In this document: one piece after another, positions 21,385 through 32,506 of the stretch
Layout of the letters: every line of letters begins with the position of its first letter
How positions within the stretch are numbered: the stretch's first letter is position 1
Source of the DNA: an uncultured bacterium
GTDB taxonomy: Bacteria > Desulfobacterota_D > UBA1144 > Nemesobacterales > UBA2774
Direction of reading: 5' to 3'
Assembly (NCBI GenBank): GCA_963825135.1
Contig: CAWGRW010000009.1
Location: forward strand, 160,001-224,000
DNA: 64,000 nt
The notes under the pieces: model-generated
Told to the model about the DNA's origin: nothing
Database searches by the model: none
What the model saw: the letters and a program-made list of their open reading frames with translations, nothing else
Position numbers and translations under genes: made by a program

Positions 21385-23121
21385 TTAAGCCATATCGGCC
21401 GCTTCCGCGACCATATCGCTCATTGAGCCCCCGGGTCCGAGTATCATTTCGTTCATCGCGCCTCCGGGTGCGATCATCGGGTAAACGAGCTCGTTTTCGT
21501 CAACGAATATCTCCATCAGCACCACGCCTTCGGTGGAGAGCCCCTCTTTCAGAGTGGCTTCCAGGTCCTCAGGCCTCTTCGCCTTGAGCCCTTTTGCGCC
21601 GAAAGACTCGGCCAGCTTCACGAAGTCGGGAAGAACGCCGAACTTGGAAGCGGAGTAGTTCCCGTTATAGAACATGGTCTGCCACTGCCTCACCATGCCG
21701 TGATGGCCGTTATTGAGGAGTATTATCTTTATATCCATGTCGTTCTCAACGGCGGTAGCGAGTTCCTGCATGTTCATCTGGAAGCTCCCGTCGCCGCAGA
21801 CGCTTACGACCATCTTGTCGGGCCGCGCGAACTTCGCCCCCATGGCCGCCGGGAACCCGAAACCCATAGTCCCCAGGCCGCCCGAGGTGATCCATGTCCT
21901 CGGATATTTGAAACGATACCACTGGGCGACCCACATCTGGTGCTGTCCCACGTCGGAGACGACTATCGCCTCTCCGTCCGTAATCTTGCTGAGGGTGTCT
22001 ATGACGTACGTCGTCAGTATCTTGTCGCCTTCCTGCTTGTAAGCGAGCGGGTGTTTCTTCTCCCATGACCTAATCAGCCCCATCCACTCCTTACGGTCCG
22101 TTTTCACCTTCGCCGGAATCATTTCGAGCATCTGTTTTAAGACTTCCTTCGCGTCCCCGACTATGGGGCAGTGCACCACTATGTTCTTGTCTATCGTGGA
22201 CGGGTCTATGTCTATGTGAATTATCTTGGCGTCCGGAGCGAACTTCGCAAAATTACCGCCCGTGGCCCTGTCGTCGAACCTCGCGCCTATGGATATAACG
22301 AGGTCGCAGTCGTGCACCGCCATGTTCGCGGCATAGGAGCCGTGCATCCCGAGCATGCTGATGAAGAGCGGGTCGTCCGCCGGAAAAGCGCCCAAGCCCA
22401 TGAGCGTGAGGGTAACCGGTATCTGGAGCCTGTGGACGAGCTCCTTAAGCTCCTCCGAAGCCCCCGACCACAGGAGTCCTCCCCCTCCGAATATGAGCGG
22501 TCTCTTCGCGGCGAGTATCATATCGACCGCGCGCTTTATCTGTCCGGGATGCCCCTTCTTGGGGGGCTTGTATCCCCTGAGGCTTATATCATCCGGTATC
22601 ACGAACTCGTCCTCGCCGATCAGGACGTCCTTGGGCATGTCTACGAGCACGGGGCCCGGCCTGCCAGTCCCGGCGATGTAGAACGCCTCTTTTATGGCGA
22701 GCGGGAGGTCTTTGGTCTTTCTGACCAGGTAGTTGTGCTTCGTGCAGGGGCGCGTTATACCGATATGGTCCGCCTCCTGAAAGGCGTCGCTGCCGAGATA
22801 CGGCAGCGGGACCTGTCCCGTGAACACCACTACGGGGGAGGAATCCATCTGCGCCGTGGCTATGCCGGTAACGGTGTTAGTCGCGGCCGGGCCCGACGTG
22901 CAGAGCACGACACCCGGCTTGCCCGACGCCCGCGCGTAACCGTCGGCCATGTGCGTCGCCGCCTGCTCGTGCCTGGCGAGAACGTGCCTGATACGGTCCG
23001 AGTACTTGGGCATTACGTCATACACCTTGAGCACGTATCCCCCCGGAAGCCCGAACACCACGTCTATGCCCTCGTGTATCAGGGTCTCGAAAAACATATC
23101 GGCACCGATCATTCTCACCAT
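21385..23121 (-). CDS. ilvB: Acetolactate synthase large subunit
   Basis: [27 protein letters not shown] motif. Confidence 0.95.
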   Translation of the reverse strand: MVRMIGADMFFETLIHEGIDVVFGLPGGYVLKVYDVMPKYSDRIRHVLARHEQAATHMADGYARASGKPGVVLCTSGPAATNTVTGIATAQMDSSPVVVFTGQVPLPYLGSDAFQEADHIGITRPCTKHNYLVRKTKDLPLAIKEAFYIAGTGRPGPVLVDMPKDVLIGEDEFVIPDDISLRGYKPPKKGHPGQIKRAVDMILAAKRPLIFGGGGLLWSGASEELKELVHRLQIPVTLTLMGLGAFPADDPLFISMLGMHGSYAANMAVHDCDLVISIGARFDDRATGGNFAKFAPDAKIIHIDIDPSTIDKNIVVHCPIVGDAKEVLKQMLEMIPAKVKTDRKEWMGLIRSWEKKHPLAYKQEGDKILTTYVIDTLSKITDGEAIVVSDVGQHQMWVAQWYRFKYPRTWITSGGLGTMGFGFPAAMGAKFARPDKMVVSVCGDGSFQMNMQELATAVENDMDIKIILLNNGHHGMVRQWQTMFYNGNYSASKFGVLPDFVKLAESFGAKGLKAKRPEDLEATLKEGLSTEGVVLMEIFVDENELVYPMIAPGGAMNEMILGPGGSMSDMVAEAADMA

Positions 23122-23183
23122 TTTACAATTACCCCCGTATTTTACGCGCGGCGCATTACGTCACGGACCGCCCCGCAGTTATT

Positions 23184-23402
23184 TTATTTATGCTTCGTTT
23201 CGGCGATTTTCGCTTCCATCCTGTCCTTTAACGAAAGCTTTATCTTCTTCAGTCTCCTTACTTCTATTTCATCATCCCTGGTAAGCGTCCCCTTACTCTC
23301 GAGGCTCCTCACAACTTCGTCGAGCTCCCTGTGCTCGAAGTAGATGCGCTTGAATTCCTCGTCCCCTTCGAGCAGCTTTTCGATTATGTCCGATTCCGTC
23401 AT
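23184..23402 (-). CDS. DUF465/YdcH-like small coiled-coil protein
   Basis: EH.ELD..V..LE...LKK.KL.LKD pattern. Confidence 0.75.
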   Translation of the reverse strand: MTESDIIEKLLEGDEEFKRIYFEHRELDEVVRSLESKGTLTRDDEIEVRRLKKIKLSLKDRMEAKIAETKHK

Positions 23403-24115
23403 GGTATCTCCCCTTTGCTTTTAATTCCGCGTGCGGTTTCCGTAAATATGTCCGGCTTTCTCAAATACATCGGCGCGAGTCCCAGGACCTCGTCCGCACG
23501 CCCCTCCCCAATCCTCTCGTAACCGTAAATTGCGAGGGATGATGCCCTCGGGTAGTTCAAATAGGGGGGGCTGAATAAATAGTCTCCTCCCCCCAACCCA
23601 TTATCTTCCAGAAAATCCCTGTAAAGTAAAGCGCCTTCGCCTATAAATATAGTTTTTTCCTTTATTATTTCCATAAGCCCCCGGGGCGTAATTATCACGT
23701 CTTCGGCAAGCCTCGCGACCCTTCCCCCGGCCGTCCTGAAGAGGGCCGCGAAGAGCTCCCCCTTCCTCGCGTCGGCCGTCGCGCACACCTGCCAGGGCGA
23801 AAAAGGCGCGTTCATGGCCAGGACTTCCAGGGAAGACGCCCCGATTACCGGAATATCCAGCGAATACGCCAGACCCTTGGCCGTCGAGATGCCCACCCTG
23901 AGCGCGGTAAACGACCCCGGCCCGAGCGAAACGGCCGCTCCCCCGAGCGCTTTCCGGTCTATGCCCAGCTCCCCGAGCAGGCGCTCTATCGCCGGTATGA
24001 GCCTCTCCGAATGGGAAGGGCCCATATTCAGATAATATTCCCCGAGTATACGGCTGCCCTCAGAGACAGCTATGCTGCCCGAATACGTGGATGTTTCAAT
24101 CGCCAGAACTTTCAT
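23399..24115 (-). CDS. tsaB: tRNA t6A biosynthesis protein TsaB
   Basis: LAIETST, HSE.L, GPGSFT.LR.G, DARKGE, P.YLR. Confidence 0.93.
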   Translation of the reverse strand: MKVLAIETSTYSGSIAVSEGSRILGEYYLNMGPSHSERLIPAIERLLGELGIDRKALGGAAVSLGPGSFTALRVGISTAKGLAYSLDIPVIGASSLEVLAMNAPFSPWQVCATADARKGELFAALFRTAGGRVARLAEDVIITPRGLMEIIKEKTIFIGEGALLYRDFLEDNGLGGGDYLFSPPYLNYPRASSLAIYGYERIGEGRADEVLGLAPMYLRKPDIFTETARGIKSKGEIP

Positions 24116-24225
24116 CGTCGATATTATTAATCTCTATCAGATTATAACGGATTGCCCGATGAACGGAAAGGAGAGGGCTCTCGCGCCTGCACATACGCGC
24201 ATACGTTGGAGCGGAAAGATGAGAA

Positions 24226-25359
24226 CTATTTCGAGGTCTGGCGCCCGAAGGTCTCTTCCCTTATGAGAGATCCCGAGCCCGACGTGATGCCCTCTATCCG
24301 CATGGCGAGGTCGTTACTGTTGGTGGCCTGCCTCATTGCCTCGTCGTACGTAATCATGCTGCTCTTGTAGAGTGTGTACAGGCACTGGTCGAAGGTCTGC
24401 ATCCCGTAATGGATGCTCCCCTCGTGTATCGCCTGCCTTATCTCCCAGGTCTTCTGCGGGTCGGAGATCAGGTCTTTCACCCTTTCGGTCGCGATAAGTA
24501 TCTCGGCCGCGGGCACGCGGGCCTTGCCGTCGGCCGTCGGGACGAGTCTCTGCGACACTATCGCCTTCAGCACCTGCGCGAGCTGATACCTGACCTGGTT
24601 GTGCTGGTGGGGAGGAAAGATAGTAAGCATGCGGTTTATCGATTCCTGCGCGTCGAGGGTATGGAGCGTGGTGAGCACGAGGTGACCCGTCTCAGCCGCC
24701 GAAAGGCATATCTCCATCGTTTCGAGGTCCCTCATCTCTCCTACGAGTATCACGTCCGGGTCTTCCCTGAGCGCTGCCCTCATGGCGTTCGCGAAGGACA
24801 TCGTGTCTATGCTTATCTCCCTCTGGTTTATATAGCTCGTATGGTCCTCGTGCATATATTCGAGAGGGTCTTCGACCGTGATTATGTGGCGCGCCTTGTT
24901 CCTGTTTATGTAATCGACCATCGCGGCGAGCGTCGTGGACTTGCCGCTTCCGGTAGTCCCGGTGACGATTACGAGCCCCCTCTCCTCGCTCGCTATCTTC
25001 TCCATCACGGGCGGGAGGTTGAGCGAGCTGAAGCTCAGTATGTTAAACGGTATCGCCCTGATGGCTATGGACAGGGTGCCTCTCTGGTGAAACACGTTCA
25101 CCCTGAACCGGGAAAGCCCGCTTATGCTGTAGGCGAGGTCCATCTCGTAGAGAGACTCGAACCTCTCCTGCTGGGCGGGGTTCATCATCTGAAGCGCCAT
25201 GTCGCGGACGTCCTCGGACGTGAGCTTGGGCGCGTTCTTCACCGGGGAGAGCTTACCCTCGACGCGCAGTATAGGGTGCCTCTCCGTACCGATGTGTACG
25301 TCGGACGCCCCTACCCTGACTGCGGCGCGCAGGATATCGTCTATATTTACCGAGCCCAT
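24226..25359 (-). CDS. pilT: Type IV pilus retraction ATPase (PilT/PilU family)
   Basis: ASDVHI, GTTGSGKST, EDPLE, LREDPDVILVGEMRD, GHLVLTTLH, GMQTFD. Confidence 0.88.
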   Translation of the reverse strand: MGSVNIDDILRAAVRVGASDVHIGTERHPILRVEGKLSPVKNAPKLTSEDVRDMALQMMNPAQQERFESLYEMDLAYSISGLSRFRVNVFHQRGTLSIAIRAIPFNILSFSSLNLPPVMEKIASEERGLVIVTGTTGSGKSTTLAAMVDYINRNKARHIITVEDPLEYMHEDHTSYINQREISIDTMSFANAMRAALREDPDVILVGEMRDLETMEICLSAAETGHLVLTTLHTLDAQESINRMLTIFPPHQHNQVRYQLAQVLKAIVSQRLVPTADGKARVPAAEILIATERVKDLISDPQKTWEIRQAIHEGSIHYGMQTFDQCLYTLYKSSMITYDEAMRQATNSNDLAMRIEGITSGSGSLIREETFGRQTSK

Positions 25360-26403
25360 CTACTTCTCCTGGGGCTTCTCCGTCTTGATGACCCCTGTCT
25401 TGGTAAGTATATCGCTCTTTATTTTTTCGGCTATATCCGGATTGTCCTTGAGAAAGGCCCTTGAGTTCTCCCTCCCCTGCCCTAGCCTCTCCCCGCCGTA
25501 CGAAAACCAGGTCCCGCTCTTCTCGACTATGTTCATCTTGGAGCCCATGTCGACGAGCTCCCCCGTCTGGGAGATGCCGCTTCCGAACATTATGTCGAAC
25601 TCGGCGTCCCTGAAGGGAGGGGATACCTTGTTTTTTACGACCTTGGCCCTGACCCTGTTCCCGGACACCTCTTCCCCTTCCTTGACCGAGCCTATGCGCC
25701 TCACGTCTATCCTTACGGAGGAATAGAACCTGAGCGCCATTCCGCCGCTCGTCGTCTCGGGGTTCATGTAGGGGAGCGTGCCTATCTTCATCCTCGTCTG
25801 GTTGACGAATATCACGAGCGTGTTCGACCTGCCTACGGTGGCCGTGATCTTCCTGAGCGCCTGGGACATGAGCCTCGCCTGAAGCCCCACGTGCGCGTCT
25901 CCCATCTCGCCCTCTATCTCGGCCCTCGGCACGAGGGCCGCGACCGAGTCGAGCACTATGACGTCCAAGGCGCCGCTCCTTACGAGCGTGTCCACTATCT
26001 CGAGCGCCTGCTCTCCGAAGTCGGGCTGCGATATGAGGAGGTCGTCTATCTTAACGCCCAGGTTCTGGGCGTAGTTCGGGTCGAGCGCGTGCTCCGCGTC
26101 GACGAACGCCGCTATACCGCCCTTCTTGTGGGCCTCCGCTATTACGTGGAGCGCGAGCGTGGTCTTGCCCGAGGACTCGGGGCCGAATATCTCGATTATC
26201 CTGCCCCTCGGGTATCCCCCCACGCCGAGCGCTATGTCGAGCCCGAGCGAGCCTGAGGACACTACGGACAGCTGTGGTAACGGCGCCCCCGAGCCCAACC
26301 TCATGATAGCCCCCTTGCCGAACTGCTTCTCTATGGAAGAGATCGCGAGGTCTATCGTCTTTTCTTTTTCCGATGAATCGGGTGAAAATGTTTGTTTTGC
26401 CAT
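25360..26403 (-). CDS. recA: Recombinase RecA
   Basis: [30 protein letters not shown]. Confidence 0.98.
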   Translation of the reverse strand: MAKQTFSPDSSEKEKTIDLAISSIEKQFGKGAIMRLGSGAPLPQLSVVSSGSLGLDIALGVGGYPRGRIIEIFGPESSGKTTLALHVIAEAHKKGGIAAFVDAEHALDPNYAQNLGVKIDDLLISQPDFGEQALEIVDTLVRSGALDVIVLDSVAALVPRAEIEGEMGDAHVGLQARLMSQALRKITATVGRSNTLVIFVNQTRMKIGTLPYMNPETTSGGMALRFYSSVRIDVRRIGSVKEGEEVSGNRVRAKVVKNKVSPPFRDAEFDIMFGSGISQTGELVDMGSKMNIVEKSGTWFSYGGERLGQGRENSRAFLKDNPDIAEKIKSDILTKTGVIKTEKPQEK

Positions 26404-26415
26404 AATAGCTCCACA

Positions 26416-27663
26416 TTATACGTTATTTAAAAAATTTTGCATAACCATCCAAAGCGCGCGGGACGACGTGACGAGCTTTATCTCCTCCCTCGACCCGTGA
26501 AACAGGAATTTCTCCGAGCGCACGCCCCCTTTATCCGAATCCATGCCTATAAAAACCGTGCCGACCGGCTTGTCGGGAGTCCCTCCGCTCGGCCCCGCTA
26601 TCCCGGATACGGCTAGGCCAATATCCGAGCCCGCGAGCTTCCTCACCCCCATCGCCATCGCCTCCACCACGGGCCCGCTCACCGCGCCGTGGGCGGCCAG
26701 CAGCTCACGCGGCACGCCGAGTATGTTCTCCTTCGCCTCGTTACTGTAAGAGACCACCCCTTCGAGGAAGTAATCGGAGCTTCCCGGCACGTTCGTAATC
26801 CTGTGGGCGATGAGCCCGCCCGTGCACGACTCCGCAGTAGCGAGCGTCATGTCGTGCTCGCGCATGAGTTTCCCCGCGGCCTCTTCCATGGTCTCCCCTC
26901 CGGTCGAGAATACGCTGCCGCCCAATCTCGATTGAACGTCCCTGACGAATACCGCCATCAGCTCCTCCGCGTCCCTGTTCGAGTCCCCGGATGCCGTGAC
27001 GCGCAGGTGCACCTCGGGGAAATGGGCCCTGTACCCGAGCCTTATTCCGTCCCTTTCAACCCCTTGTAATTTGATTGCGACCTCGGATTCCGGAAGGCCG
27101 AACGTCTTTATGAGCTTCGCCCGAAAAGGCTTCCTGCCTTTGTCCCGGCTTTCGAGCTCGGGGATCACGTACTCGTCCATAAGCGCGCGGAACTCCCCCG
27201 GCACTCCGGGGAGGAAATAAAATACAGCCCCGCCTTTTTCGATGCTGAAGCCGGGCGCGGTCCCCCAGTTGTTTATCAACACGCGCGATCCCCGCGGTAA
27301 AAAAGCCTGTTTCCTGTTCATGTCCGTGAGCACCCTGCCCCTCTTGCTCAACGTTTCTTCGATAGACCTCACCGCCCGCATGTTGAGCTCGAGCGGCACT
27401 CCCAGGAAGGCGGCGGCCACTTCCGAGGTGAGGTCGTCGGGAGTGGGCCCGAGGCCGCCCGACACTATGACGGCGTCCGCCCTTTGCGACGCAGTGACGA
27501 GGGCGGTAGAGATATCGCCCCTGTCGTCCCCGACGGTGGTATGGAATTCCACCGAGAACCCCCTCGACGTAAGAGCGTCCCCCGACCAGGAGAAATTGCT
27601 GTCCTGAGTGAGACCGCTCATAAGTTCATCGCCCGTCGTTATGATCTCTATTTTCACACACAT
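26416..27663 (-). CDS. cinA: CinA (MocF-like + NMN deamidase PncC)
   Basis: GGLGPTPDD, GTAPG, TAESCTGG, SGIAGP; real start may be GTG at 27657. Confidence 0.93.
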   Translation of the reverse strand: MCVKIEIITTGDELMSGLTQDSNFSWSGDALTSRGFSVEFHTTVGDDRGDISTALVTASQRADAVIVSGGLGPTPDDLTSEVAAAFLGVPLELNMRAVRSIEETLSKRGRVLTDMNRKQAFLPRGSRVLINNWGTAPGFSIEKGGAVFYFLPGVPGEFRALMDEYVIPELESRDKGRKPFRAKLIKTFGLPESEVAIKLQGVERDGIRLGYRAHFPEVHLRVTASGDSNRDAEELMAVFVRDVQSRLGGSVFSTGGETMEEAAGKLMREHDMTLATAESCTGGLIAHRITNVPGSSDYFLEGVVSYSNEAKENILGVPRELLAAHGAVSGPVVEAMAMGVRKLAGSDIGLAVSGIAGPSGGTPDKPVGTVFIGMDSDKGGVRSEKFLFHGSREEIKLVTSSRALWMVMQNFLNNV

Positions 27664-27840
27664 AGTGTGTTCCTACGATTCCTTCCAACTCCGTCACTTA
27701 ATCCGGCAGCTTAAACAATCCCGTCGTGCTGAGCTTGTCGAAGGATGTTATTCCCGAATGTTCTGATCGGAACAGCGGCAACGACACCTAGATAATAAAC
27801 CAGCGGCGAAATCGAATTCAACTGCCGGAAAAAAAATCAA

Positions 27841-28293
27841 CTACAACAGCACCCTCGCAATTATCTGAAGGAGGATGTTCGCATACACCCCGGCAATCAC
27901 GTCGTCCATCACGACCCCGAGCCCGCCATTCAGACGCTCCGACTGTCTCGACGGCGGGGGCTTTACTATGTCGAAAAATCTGAACAGGAAAAACCCGATC
28001 ACCAGATTAGTGAGTGTGAAGGGTACGAGCGCCATCGTAACCAGATACCCGCACACCTCGTCGGCCACGATGAGCCCCGGGTCCTTCTCCCCGAATATAC
28101 CCTCTGCTATCCCCGACGCCCACACCGACAGGATAATGAACAGCGCCGTAAACGGGATATAGAAATAATACGGCAGCCCGGAGAGTATATAATACAGAGG
28201 CACCGCGGCGAGCGTGCCCATCGTTCCGGGCGCGTACGGGAAGTACCCGACGTAAAAAAACGTGGCTATGAGCCTGGCGATACGCTCTTTCAC
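27841..28293 (-). CDS. pgpA: Phosphatidylglycerophosphatase A
   Basis: APGTMGT, KDP..V.DE, FRFFDI.KP, GVVMDD..AG. Confidence 0.93.
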   Translation of the reverse strand: MKERIARLIATFFYVGYFPYAPGTMGTLAAVPLYYILSGLPYYFYIPFTALFIILSVWASGIAEGIFGEKDPGLIVADEVCGYLVTMALVPFTLTNLVIGFFLFRFFDIVKPPPSRQSERLNGGLGVVMDDVIAGVYANILLQIIARVLL

Positions 28294-28812
28294 CTAAGAA
28301 AGCGTCCCTTCCACCCTGAGGAGGTCCTTTTTAATCTCTATTCCGCATGAATATCCGCCGAGCCCGTTTGACGCGAGCACCCTGTGGCAGGGGATGACTA
28401 TCGGTATCGGATTGGCCCCGACCGCGTTCCCGACGGCCCTGGCCGCCCCGGGCCTGCCGACGCCCTCCGCGACCTCCCCGTATGTGGCCGTCTCTCCGTA
28501 TGGAATATCGAGGAGTTTTTTCCAGACCGATTTCTGAAACGGGGTGCCTCCGGACAGGTCTATCGGGGTCTTGAATTCGGAGAGCCCGCCGTCGAAGTAG
28601 AGCTCAAGCTCCCGGGCCATATCGGCCGCGGCCCCGCCTGTCGTAACCGGCGCCCCCGCGCGCGCTTCCAGGTATTTCCTGAACTCCCTCTCGCCGAATA
28701 CTATTCTCGTAACGCCCCTCTCGCTCGAAAGCACGAATACCTGTCCTACGCGCGTAACTATTGATGAATAGTTGATCTGACTCATGCCTGTCCCCCCCGA
28801 TTCAGTTTCCAC
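28294..28812 (-). CDS. ogt: Methylated-DNA--protein-cysteine methyltransferase
   Basis: IPYGET.TY, ARAVG, IPCHRV. Confidence 0.9.
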   Translation of the reverse strand: METESGGTGMSQINYSSIVTRVGQVFVLSSERGVTRIVFGEREFRKYLEARAGAPVTTGGAAADMARELELYFDGGLSEFKTPIDLSGGTPFQKSVWKKLLDIPYGETATYGEVAEGVGRPGAARAVGNAVGANPIPIVIPCHRVLASNGLGGYSCGIEIKKDLLRVEGTLS

Positions 28813-29049
28813 GCACGCACCGCGTTGTCAAGACACACGCGCGCGTGTTCATACGATTCCTTCCATATTTCTTCTCCCGGCCAACTACCGAAGTCAATCC
28901 CGTTCGTCCTGAGCTTGTCGAAGGATTGAACGGGTCAGACTCCCGTATGTCCGCTGCCACCCCGCCGCCTTGAAATTCCCCCTAAAGTACGTAATATCTC
29001 TACTGCAAATTTAAAGGATCAAATAACCGACAAGGGGGATTTACCGGGT

Positions 29050-29853
29050 ATGGAATACGGGTTAGAGAACAGCTGGGCACTAATTCTCGGGGCATCGAGC
29101 GGGTTCGGCGAGGCGGCGGCGCTGGAATTGGCGGCGCACGGAATGAACATCTTCGGCGTCCACCTCGACAGGAAATCCACCATGCCCAAGGTCGAGGAGA
29201 TAAAAGAGAGGATTAAGGAGAAGGGGAGAGAGACGGCCTTCTTCAACATAAACGCGGCCGACCCGGAGCAGCGCTCGGAGACGCTCGGGGAGATCGAGCA
29301 GATTCTGGACGAGCACGGGAACTCCTCGGGCATAAAGGTTCTCATACACTCGCTCGCCTTCGGCACGCTCAAGCCGTACATAGCGGCGTACGAAAAAGAC
29401 AGGGTATCGAACAAGAACATGGACATGACACTCGACGTCATGGCGCACTCGCTCGTTTACTGGGCGCAGGAGGTCGTGAGCAGGAAGATGATGGTCGAGG
29501 GAGGCAGGATATTCGCCATGACGAGCGCCGGGAGCCACAGGGTATGGCCCACGTACGGCCCCGTGTCGGCGTCGAAAGCGGCTTTAGAGTCCCACATCCG
29601 TCAATTGTCCGTCGAGCTCGCCAAACACAAGATAACGGCGAACGCGATTCAGGCCGGCGTTACCGAGACCCCGGCCCTGAGCAAGATACCGGGCAGCGAG
29701 GAGATAATTAAACACGCGCTCGCGGCTAACCCCGCGGGCAGGCTCACGACCACGTCGGACGTTGCGCAGGCGATTGTGGCGCTTTCCGGCGTGGGCACGC
29801 ATTGGCTCACGGGGAACGTGATCAAGGTGGACGGAGGGGAGGACCTGATTTGA
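29050..29853 (+). CDS. SDR-family oxidoreductase, FabL/enoyl-ACP reductase-like
   Basis: GASSGFG, YxxxxxSKAALE, GVT.TPAL, VDGG. Confidence 0.75.
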   Translation: MEYGLENSWALILGASSGFGEAAALELAAHGMNIFGVHLDRKSTMPKVEEIKERIKEKGRETAFFNINAADPEQRSETLGEIEQILDEHGNSSGIKVLIHSLAFGTLKPYIAAYEKDRVSNKNMDMTLDVMAHSLVYWAQEVVSRKMMVEGGRIFAMTSAGSHRVWPTYGPVSASKAALESHIRQLSVELAKHKITANAIQAGVTETPALSKIPGSEEIIKHALAANPAGRLTTTSDVAQAIVALSGVGTHWLTGNVIKVDGGEDLI

Positions 29854-29883
29854 AATTGGAGGAGAATAAATCGATTTCTTATC

Positions 29884-30124
29884 TGTCATTCCCGAGGTGC
29901 AGAATCTGCACTCATATTCGATCGTAACTATGATGCTTAGACCAAAATAATTCCCTCTCCCCAGCGTGGGAGAGGGTTAGGGTGAGGGGGTACGTTATAA
30001 TTCTGTCATTCCCGAACGATTTAATCGGGAATCTAATCTGTCTAAACTGTCATTGCGAGCGGCGAGAAGCAAGCTCATGAATAAAGCGAGATCGCCACGA
30101 CCATAAGACGGTCTCGCGATGACA
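29884..30124. repeat. Cluster of REP-like palindromes
   Basis: TGTCATTCCCG (x2), CCCTCTCCC..GGGAGAGGG-GGTGAGGG, and TGTCATTGCGAG...GAGATCGCCAC...CTCGCGATGACA. Confidence 0.8.
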
Positions 30125-30159
30125 GAGAAATAGCCCAACCGGATATAAGGCAAAACATA

Positions 30160-31596
30160 ATGGAAATGAAAGTAACCCTCTACAACACGCTCACGCAAAA
30201 AAAAGAAGAGCTCGTCCCGCACGAGAAAAACAAGATAAAGATGTACGTCTGCGGCCCGACGGTGTACGACTCCGCCCACCTGGGACACGCGAGGGCGGCC
30301 GTCACTTTCGACGTCATAGAGAGGTTCCTCTCACACGTGGGCTTTGAAGTCACGTACGTCAGGAACTTCACCGACATAGACGACAAGATAATAAACAGGG
30401 CTAACGAAACGGGCATCCCCGCAAGCGAGATTTCGGAGAAATACATCGAGGAATACAGGAACGACATGGCATCCATAGGCGTGAGGAGGCCCACCGTCGA
30501 GCCCAAGGTCACCGAGCACGTCCCGGAAATAATCGACTTGATAGAAAGGATAATCTCAAACGGCTACGCCTATCAGTCGGGCGACGACGTGTTCTTCGCC
30601 GTAAAGAAGTTCAAGGGCTACGGCAAGCTCTCCAAAAGGGACCCCGACGACATGCTCGCCGGGACCAGGATAGACATCAACGAGAAAAAAGAAGACCCGC
30701 TCGACTTCGCTCTATGGAAAGGGGCGAAGCCGGGAGAGCCCTTCTGGGAAAGCCCCTGGGGCAATGGCCGCCCCGGATGGCACATAGAGTGCTCGACCAT
30801 GAGCATGAAGTACCTGGGGCCGAGCTTCGACATACACGGGGGCGGGAAGGACCTCATATTCCCCCACCACGAGAACGAAATCGCCCAGTCCGAAGCGGCC
30901 ACGGGAAAAGAGTTCGCCCGGTACTGGGTCCATAACGGACTCATCCAGATAAACCGCGAGAAGATGTCCAAATCCGTAGGCAACATACTTAACGTCAGGG
31001 ACGCCGTCACGATGTGGAACAGGGAGGCGATAAGGCTATTTTTCCTCTCGCACCAGTACTTAAACCCGGCAGACTTCTCGGACATCACCATGGGCGAGTC
31101 CGAAGCCGCTCTCGAAAGGCTCTACATCACTCTCAAGCGTGCGAAGGACCAGGGAAAGAACGGGAGCGAGGACGACACGGAGCTCGCGGGCGCCGCGGCC
31201 TCCTTCGGCCGGAAATGGGTCGAGACCATGTGCGACGACTTCAACACAGCCGACGCCATAGGGAACCTCTTCGAGCTCACCCGCGCCGTGAACAGGTCGA
31301 TAGACTCCAGGGGCTGGACCCCTGCCCTCGAAGGGGCGTTAAAAGAGATCGGCCTATTCGGGAAGGCCCTCGGGATACTCGAATACGAGCCCGCGGAATA
31401 CCTGCAAAGCATAAAGCTCCAGAAAAAATCGGCCGGCATCACCGAAGGCGAGATCGAGGAGCTTATTAAGGAGAGGAACTCCGCCAGGGCGGATAAGAAC
31501 TGGAAGCGAGCGGACGAGATAAGGGAAGAGCTCAGCTCCAGGGGCATACTCCTCGAAGACAAGTCCGAAGGCACGATCTGGCGCGTGAAGGGATAA
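30160..31596 (+). CDS. cysS: Cysteine--tRNA ligase
   Basis: CGPTVY..HLGH, PGWHIECS, KMSKS. Confidence 0.97.
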   Translation: MEMKVTLYNTLTQKKEELVPHEKNKIKMYVCGPTVYDSAHLGHARAAVTFDVIERFLSHVGFEVTYVRNFTDIDDKIINRANETGIPASEISEKYIEEYRNDMASIGVRRPTVEPKVTEHVPEIIDLIERIISNGYAYQSGDDVFFAVKKFKGYGKLSKRDPDDMLAGTRIDINEKKEDPLDFALWKGAKPGEPFWESPWGNGRPGWHIECSTMSMKYLGPSFDIHGGGKDLIFPHHENEIAQSEAATGKEFARYWVHNGLIQINREKMSKSVGNILNVRDAVTMWNREAIRLFFLSHQYLNPADFSDITMGESEAALERLYITLKRAKDQGKNGSEDDTELAGAAASFGRKWVETMCDDFNTADAIGNLFELTRAVNRSIDSRGWTPALEGALKEIGLFGKALGILEYEPAEYLQSIKLQKKSAGITEGEIEELIKERNSARADKNWKRADEIREELSSRGILLEDKSEGTIWRVKG

Positions 31597-31616
31597 ATTG
31601 GAAGAAGTACAGGGTT

Positions 31617-31674
31617 TGGGACAATGGGGCACATCGTCCCGGTATATACCCCGCCCGTCTGTCCCATTGTCCCA
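31617..31674. repeat. 58-bp hairpin repeat A, left copy
   Basis: TGGGACAATGGG...CCCATTGTCCCA; direct copy at 32357-32414 with one mismatch. Confidence 0.9.
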
Positions 31675-31780
31675 TAACGGGTTATTCGAGAATATCATCT
31701 CAGTGATATGAACATGAGAATGACGGTATGAGTGGATCCGGCAAATCCTACATTGCTCGTCAACTACATCCTCCTCTACC

Positions 31781-31874
31781 TTGTCATTTCGAGTGTATAC
31801 GAGAAATCTATTGTTACTCTTTTTTATTTCAAACGAATACAAATAACAGATTTCTCCCTTTGGTCGAAATGACA
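31781..31874. repeat. REP-doublet B, left copy
   Basis: TGTCATTTCGA..GAGAAATCT...AGATTTCTC..TCGAAATGACA. Confidence 0.9.
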
Positions 31875-31930
31875 ATGGTGGTAAGTCCGGTGTAAAAAAT
31901 GAAGTCATTTTGTTATATATTCTCCCTTAT

Positions 31931-32227
31931 ATGCCTAAATACAACTACTACGTCTATATTACTACCAACTTTAACAAAACCACTCTATACGTCGGCATCA
32001 CGAATGATCTGGCAAGAAGACTTCAGGAACACAAAGACAGCAGAATAGACGAAAACAGCTTCGCCGGAAAATACCACTGCTACAATCTTGTATACTGCGA
32101 AATTTATGAAAACATAGAGGAAGCAATTAGACGTGAGAAAGAAATCAAGAAATGGAGAAGGGAGAAAAAGAACTGGTTAATCGAGAGTCAAAATCCAGAA
32201 TGGAGATTTATGAACGGGGACATATAG
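31931..32227 (+). CDS. Small GIY-YIG nuclease family protein
   Basis: YYVYI...LYVGITNDL.RR..EH, LVY.E, AI.REKEIKKW.R.KK. Confidence 0.9.
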   Translation: MPKYNYYVYITTNFNKTTLYVGITNDLARRLQEHKDSRIDENSFAGKYHCYNLVYCEIYENIEEAIRREKEIKKWRREKKNWLIESQNPEWRFMNGDI

Positions 32228-32231
32228 ATCT

Positions 32232-32314
32232 TTGTCATTTCGAGCGTATGTGAGAAATCTATTGTTTATCTATGTCATAGAGAAGACAGATTTCTCCCGC
32301 TGGTCGAAATGACA
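32232..32314. repeat. REP-doublet B, right copy
   Basis: Same arms as 31781-31874 with a different central spacer. Confidence 0.9.
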
Positions 32315-32356
32315 TATTATTGTTCTACCCAAGTTTCTTATCAGTAGTTGCAGCTA

Positions 32357-32414
32357 TGGGACAATGGGACACATCGTCCCGGTATATACCCCGCCCGTCT
32401 GTCCCATTGTCCCA
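32357..32414. repeat. 58-bp hairpin repeat A, right copy
   Basis: Direct repeat of 31617-31674. Confidence 0.9.
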
Positions 32415-32506
32415 ATCCTGTAACCATTTGATGAGACTTATTAATTTTTGAGGATCAGATGTGAGTGCTTTTGGTTTTCGCAGGGAAGAAACCTATCCCG
32501 TGCCGC

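Noticed and set aside
23121..23184. ilv attenuator or leader peptide
   Set aside because: The gap is short, with no Ile/Leu/Val-rich leader or terminator-antiterminator visible
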